From NCBI GenBank assembly GCA_963700315.1, contig CAVOXC010000017.1:28062-92061 (forward strand): a DNA stretch of 64,000 nucleotides. The letters run 5' to 3'. Below, piece after piece: positions 58,109 through 64,000 of this stretch. This DNA comes from an uncultured Acidobacteriota bacterium (GTDB lineage: Bacteria; Acidobacteriota; Thermoanaerobaculia; Multivoradales; JAGPDF01). The notes below the pieces were generated by a model that saw only the letters and a program-made list of their open reading frames with translations, did not search any database and was not told where the DNA came from. Numbering within the stretch: position 1 is the first letter of the stretch; every line of letters starts with the position of its first letter. The position numbers and the translations under genes are program-made.

Positions 58109-60652
58109 ATGGCGCGACGCGACGAGCCCCCGCGGCAGGAAGCGGCCGAGGCTGGCCGGAACTACCAGGCCCTGCTGGACGCGGTGCTGGAGGGGAGCCA
58201 GCTGGGGATCTGGGACTGGAACCTGACGACGGGCGAGGTGCAGCGCAGCGCCCGGATGGCCACGATGCTCGGCTTCGCCCCGGACGAGATCGCCGCCACC
58301 TTGCAGGGCTGGAAGGACCTGCTCCATCCCGACGACCGCGAAGCGACGATTCGCGCCAGCGAGGACTTCGCCGCGGGTCGGACCCCAGTTTTCCGGACCG
58401 AGTACCGCCTGCGCGCGAAGGACGGTTCCTACCGCTGGCTGCAGGACCTCGCCGCCGCCGTCGAGCGCGACGCGGGCGGCAGGCCGTTGCGCGCCTTCGG
58501 CACGCTCGACGACATCACCGCCCGCAAGCAGGCCGCCGACGAGCTGCAGGAGAGCGAGAGGAAGTACCGGCTGCTGTTCGAGACCTCGCTCGACGCGCTG
58601 ATGATCCTGGCGCCGCCCGACTGGCGATTCGTCGAGGGCAACCCGTCGGCCGTCGCCATGTTCCGCGCGCGGGACGAGGCCGAGTTCACCTCCAGGGCGC
58701 CCTGGCAGCTCTCGCCGCCGACCCAGCCGGACGGCCGCCCCTCGGCGCAAGCGGCGAAACAGAGAATCGAGCAGGCGCTGCGCGCCGGGGGGAATCGCTT
58801 CGACTGGCTGCACCAGCGCCTGGACGGAGAACGCTTCGAGGCCACCGTCGTGCTCACGCCCTTCGAATGGAAGGGAGAGACGCTGCTCCAAGCGACGGTC
58901 CGGGACGTGTCCGAGCGCCGGCACGCCGAGCAGGAGTACCGAACGATTCTCGAGGCCGCGATCGACGGCTTCTGGATCATCGACGCCCAGGGCCGGCTGC
59001 TCGAGGTCAACGACGCTTTCTGCGAGCTGATCGGCTACGGCCGCGACGAGCTGCTGGAGATGGGGATCGTCGATCTCGAGGTGGTCGAGAGTCCCGAGGA
59101 GACCGAACGGCGCCTCGAGAAGATCGCCGCCCAGGGATTCGATCGCTTCGAAACGCGGCAGCGCCGCAAGGACGGCCGGATCATCGATGTCGAGGTGAGC
59201 GCGCGCTTCTTGCCCCTGCGCGGTGGCATCTTCGTCGTGTTCCTCCAGGACATCAGCGCTCGAAAGCAGCTCGAACAGGACCGCCTCGAAGCGAGAAAGC
59301 GTCTAGAAGAGCAGGTCGCGGAACGGACCACGAGCCTCGCTCGAACGATGCAGGAGATGCGCGAATCGCGCTTGGCGGCGCTCAACATGATGCGCGACGC
59401 GGTCGAGGCCAAGCGCCGCCTCGAGGCCGCGAACGCCGATCTGATTCATGAGGTCCAAGAGCGGAAACGGATCGAGCAGGAGAAGGCCGTCGCCGAGCAG
59501 CAGCTGGTGCAGGCTCTGAAGATCGAGGCGATCGGTCGACTCGCGGGCGGAATCGCCCACGATTTCAACAACCTGCTCGGCGTGATCGCCGGCTACGGCA
59601 AGCTGGCGCAGGACGAGCTGCCGACCGGCCATCCGGCCCGCGCCGGTCTCGACCAGGTGCTCGACGCCGCGCAGCGCGCGAGCGACCTCACGCGGCAGCT
59701 CCTGGCTTTCAGCCGCAAGCAGGTCCTGCGCGCGCAAGTTGTCGATCTGAACGCGGTGCTGGCTGACCTCGAGACGATGCTGAGGCCGCTGCTCGGCGAG
59801 GACATCGAGCTCGTCGTGAAGCTGGCGCCCGATCTGGACCGGGTGCTGGTCGACCCCGCGCAGATGCAGCAAGTCGTCATGAACCTGGCGGTCAATGCCC
59901 GGGATGCGATGCCCCGAGGCGGACGGTTGATCCTCGAGACCGCGAACACCGAATTCGCCCACGACTACGCCGCGACCCATCCCCCCGCGGTGACCGGGCG
60001 CTTCGTGATGCTGGCGGTCTCCGACACCGGCGTCGGGATGGACGAGGAGACCCAGCGGCGTTGCTTCGACCCGTTCTTCACGACCAAGCCGGAAGGCCAG
60101 GGCACGGGCCTCGGCCTGGCCATGACCTACGGCATCGTCAAGCAGAGCGGCGGCTACGTCTGGGTCTACAGCGAGCCGGGCCGGGGCACGACGATCAAGG
60201 CCTACCTGCCGCGGACGGAGGAGAGCGCCGAGCTCGCTCCGGCGCCGAAGTCCTCCGAGCGGGTGACCGGCGGCAGCGAGACCGTTCTCGTCGTCGAGGA
60301 CATGGAGGCGCTGCGTGGGATCATCCGCCGCGTTCTCGACCTCGCGGGCTACGTCGTCCTCGAGGCGGCGGATGGCCGGTCCGCGCTCGAGATCGCCCGC
60401 GCCCACACCGGTCGGATCGACCTCCTGCTCACCGATGTCGTCATGCCCGGGCTCGGGGGCGCGGAGGTCGCCCGCCAGATGCGCGAGCTGCAGCCGGAAA
60501 CCCGGGTGCTGTTCATGTCCGGGTACACCGAGGGCGCGATCTCCGAGCACGGCCTCCTCGCCGACGACGTGTCGCTTCTGGACAAGCCGTTCACCAACGA
60601 CGTGCTCAAACGCGCGGTGCGTCGGGCGCTCGACCGGCCGAAGCCGGGCTGA
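58109..60652 (+). CDS. Multi-PAS hybrid sensor histidine kinase with a C-terminal receiver domain
   Basis: Three to four PAS/PAC units ([15 protein letters not shown]...; [20 protein letters not shown]...; [21 protein letters not shown]...), a coiled-coil linker, the H-box [17 protein letters not shown], HATPase ([16 protein letters not shown]; DTGVGMD; [11 protein letters not shown]) and REC ([11 protein letters not shown]...[13 protein letters not shown]...LLDKPF). Confidence 0.85.
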   Translation: MARRDEPPRQEAAEAGRNYQALLDAVLEGSQLGIWDWNLTTGEVQRSARMATMLGFAPDEIAATLQGWKDLLHPDDREATIRASEDFAAGRTPVFRTEYRLRAKDGSYRWLQDLAAAVERDAGGRPLRAFGTLDDITARKQAADELQESERKYRLLFETSLDALMILAPPDWRFVEGNPSAVAMFRARDEAEFTSRAPWQLSPPTQPDGRPSAQAAKQRIEQALRAGGNRFDWLHQRLDGERFEATVVLTPFEWKGETLLQATVRDVSERRHAEQEYRTILEAAIDGFWIIDAQGRLLEVNDAFCELIGYGRDELLEMGIVDLEVVESPEETERRLEKIAAQGFDRFETRQRRKDGRIIDVEVSARFLPLRGGIFVVFLQDISARKQLEQDRLEARKRLEEQVAERTTSLARTMQEMRESRLAALNMMRDAVEAKRRLEAANADLIHEVQERKRIEQEKAVAEQQLVQALKIEAIGRLAGGIAHDFNNLLGVIAGYGKLAQDELPTGHPARAGLDQVLDAAQRASDLTRQLLAFSRKQVLRAQVVDLNAVLADLETMLRPLLGEDIELVVKLAPDLDRVLVDPAQMQQVVMNLAVNARDAMPRGGRLILETANTEFAHDYAATHPPAVTGRFVMLAVSDTGVGMDEETQRRCFDPFFTTKPEGQGTGLGLAMTYGIVKQSGGYVWVYSEPGRGTTIKAYLPRTEESAELAPAPKSSERVTGGSETVLVVEDMEALRGIIRRVLDLAGYVVLEAADGRSALEIARAHTGRIDLLLTDVVMPGLGGAEVARQMRELQPETRVLFMSGYTEGAISEHGLLADDVSLLDKPFTNDVLKRAVRRALDRPKPG

Positions 60653-60681
60653 GCCGCGCTCGGCGCGGGTAGGATTCGCCG

Positions 60682-60981
60682 GTGCCCTTCGTCTACCTCC
60701 TGCGGTGCCGGGACGGCTCGCTCTACGCCGGCGCGGCGACCGATCTCGACAAGCGCCTGGTGGAGCATCGCGCCGGGCGGGCGTCGCGCTACACGCGCTC
60801 GCGCCTGCCGGTCGAGCTCGCCTGGTCGCGCGAGGTCGCGACCTGGAGCGAGGCGTTGCGCGAAGAAGCGCGCGTCAAACGCCTCCACCGCGCCGAGAAG
60901 CTCACCCTTGCCGCGGGGGCCGACAGGTCGTGCCTCGATGCCCCGAGCGGCTCGCGGCCGGCGAGGAGGCGTCCGTCGTGA
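60682..60981 (+). CDS. GIY-YIG nuclease superfamily small protein (UPF0213-like), GTG start
   Basis: (M)PFVYLLRCRDGSLYAGAATDLDKRLVEHRAG...YTRSRLPVELAWSREVATWSEALREEARVKRL matches GIY...YxG...R...E of stand-alone GIY-YIG proteins. Confidence 0.65.
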   Translation: MPFVYLLRCRDGSLYAGAATDLDKRLVEHRAGRASRYTRSRLPVELAWSREVATWSEALREEARVKRLHRAEKLTLAAGADRSCLDAPSGSRPARRRPS

Positions 60982-61025
60982 TCTTCGCGACCGAGACGGC
61001 GATCACCAGGTCGAGCGCTGCCGGA

Positions 61026-64000
<2,975 letters not shown>

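Noticed and set aside
57758-58924. Minus-strand ORF 57758..58924 (388 aa)
   Set aside because: It lies antisense to the well-supported PAS histidine kinase 58109..60652, and its composition is RL/RG-rich junk.

Overview
This is a high-GC window (roughly 70% by eye) with strong GC3 codon bias, so the six-frame track is full of long spurious antisense ORFs. I chose genes by domain content, signal peptides and frame-consistent starts. I support about 42 protein-coding genes and no rRNA, tRNA or CRISPR. The window is dominated by secreted or envelope proteins and an unusual density of peptidases: S8 subtilase, M36 fungalysin-like, reprolysin-like zincin, PSMA-like M28, S9 DPP-IV-like, S33 proline iminopeptidase, a CHAT caspase-like protein and several alpha/beta hydrolases. 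The right third is signalling: PAS-GGDEF, three hybrid histidine kinases, a DUF4388 protein and a CX5R phosphatase. There are three standout regions. (1) A tight minus-strand six-gene operon at 17044..26870: DUF2235 lipase-like, intracellular S8 subtilase, MBL-fold hydrolase, membrane-anchored CHAT protease, secreted protein, and a TPR protein with a lectin-like C-terminus. I do not recognise this as a described system. (2) A roughly 5.9 kb RHS/YD-repeat toxin gene at 10770..16664 with a short hydrophobic C-terminal toxin and a low-GC SUKH-like immunity remnant downstream; both are riddled with frameshifts. (3) A 13-24 nt motif, (C)AGGTGGCTGGCACC(T), found only in intergenic DNA at least eight times. 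At least ten otherwise well-conserved genes carry single-nucleotide frameshifts, and I reconstructed one deletion in a G homopolymer run and one single-G insertion. So indel sequencing error is at least as likely as real pseudogenisation. Coordinates of frameshifted genes are envelopes.
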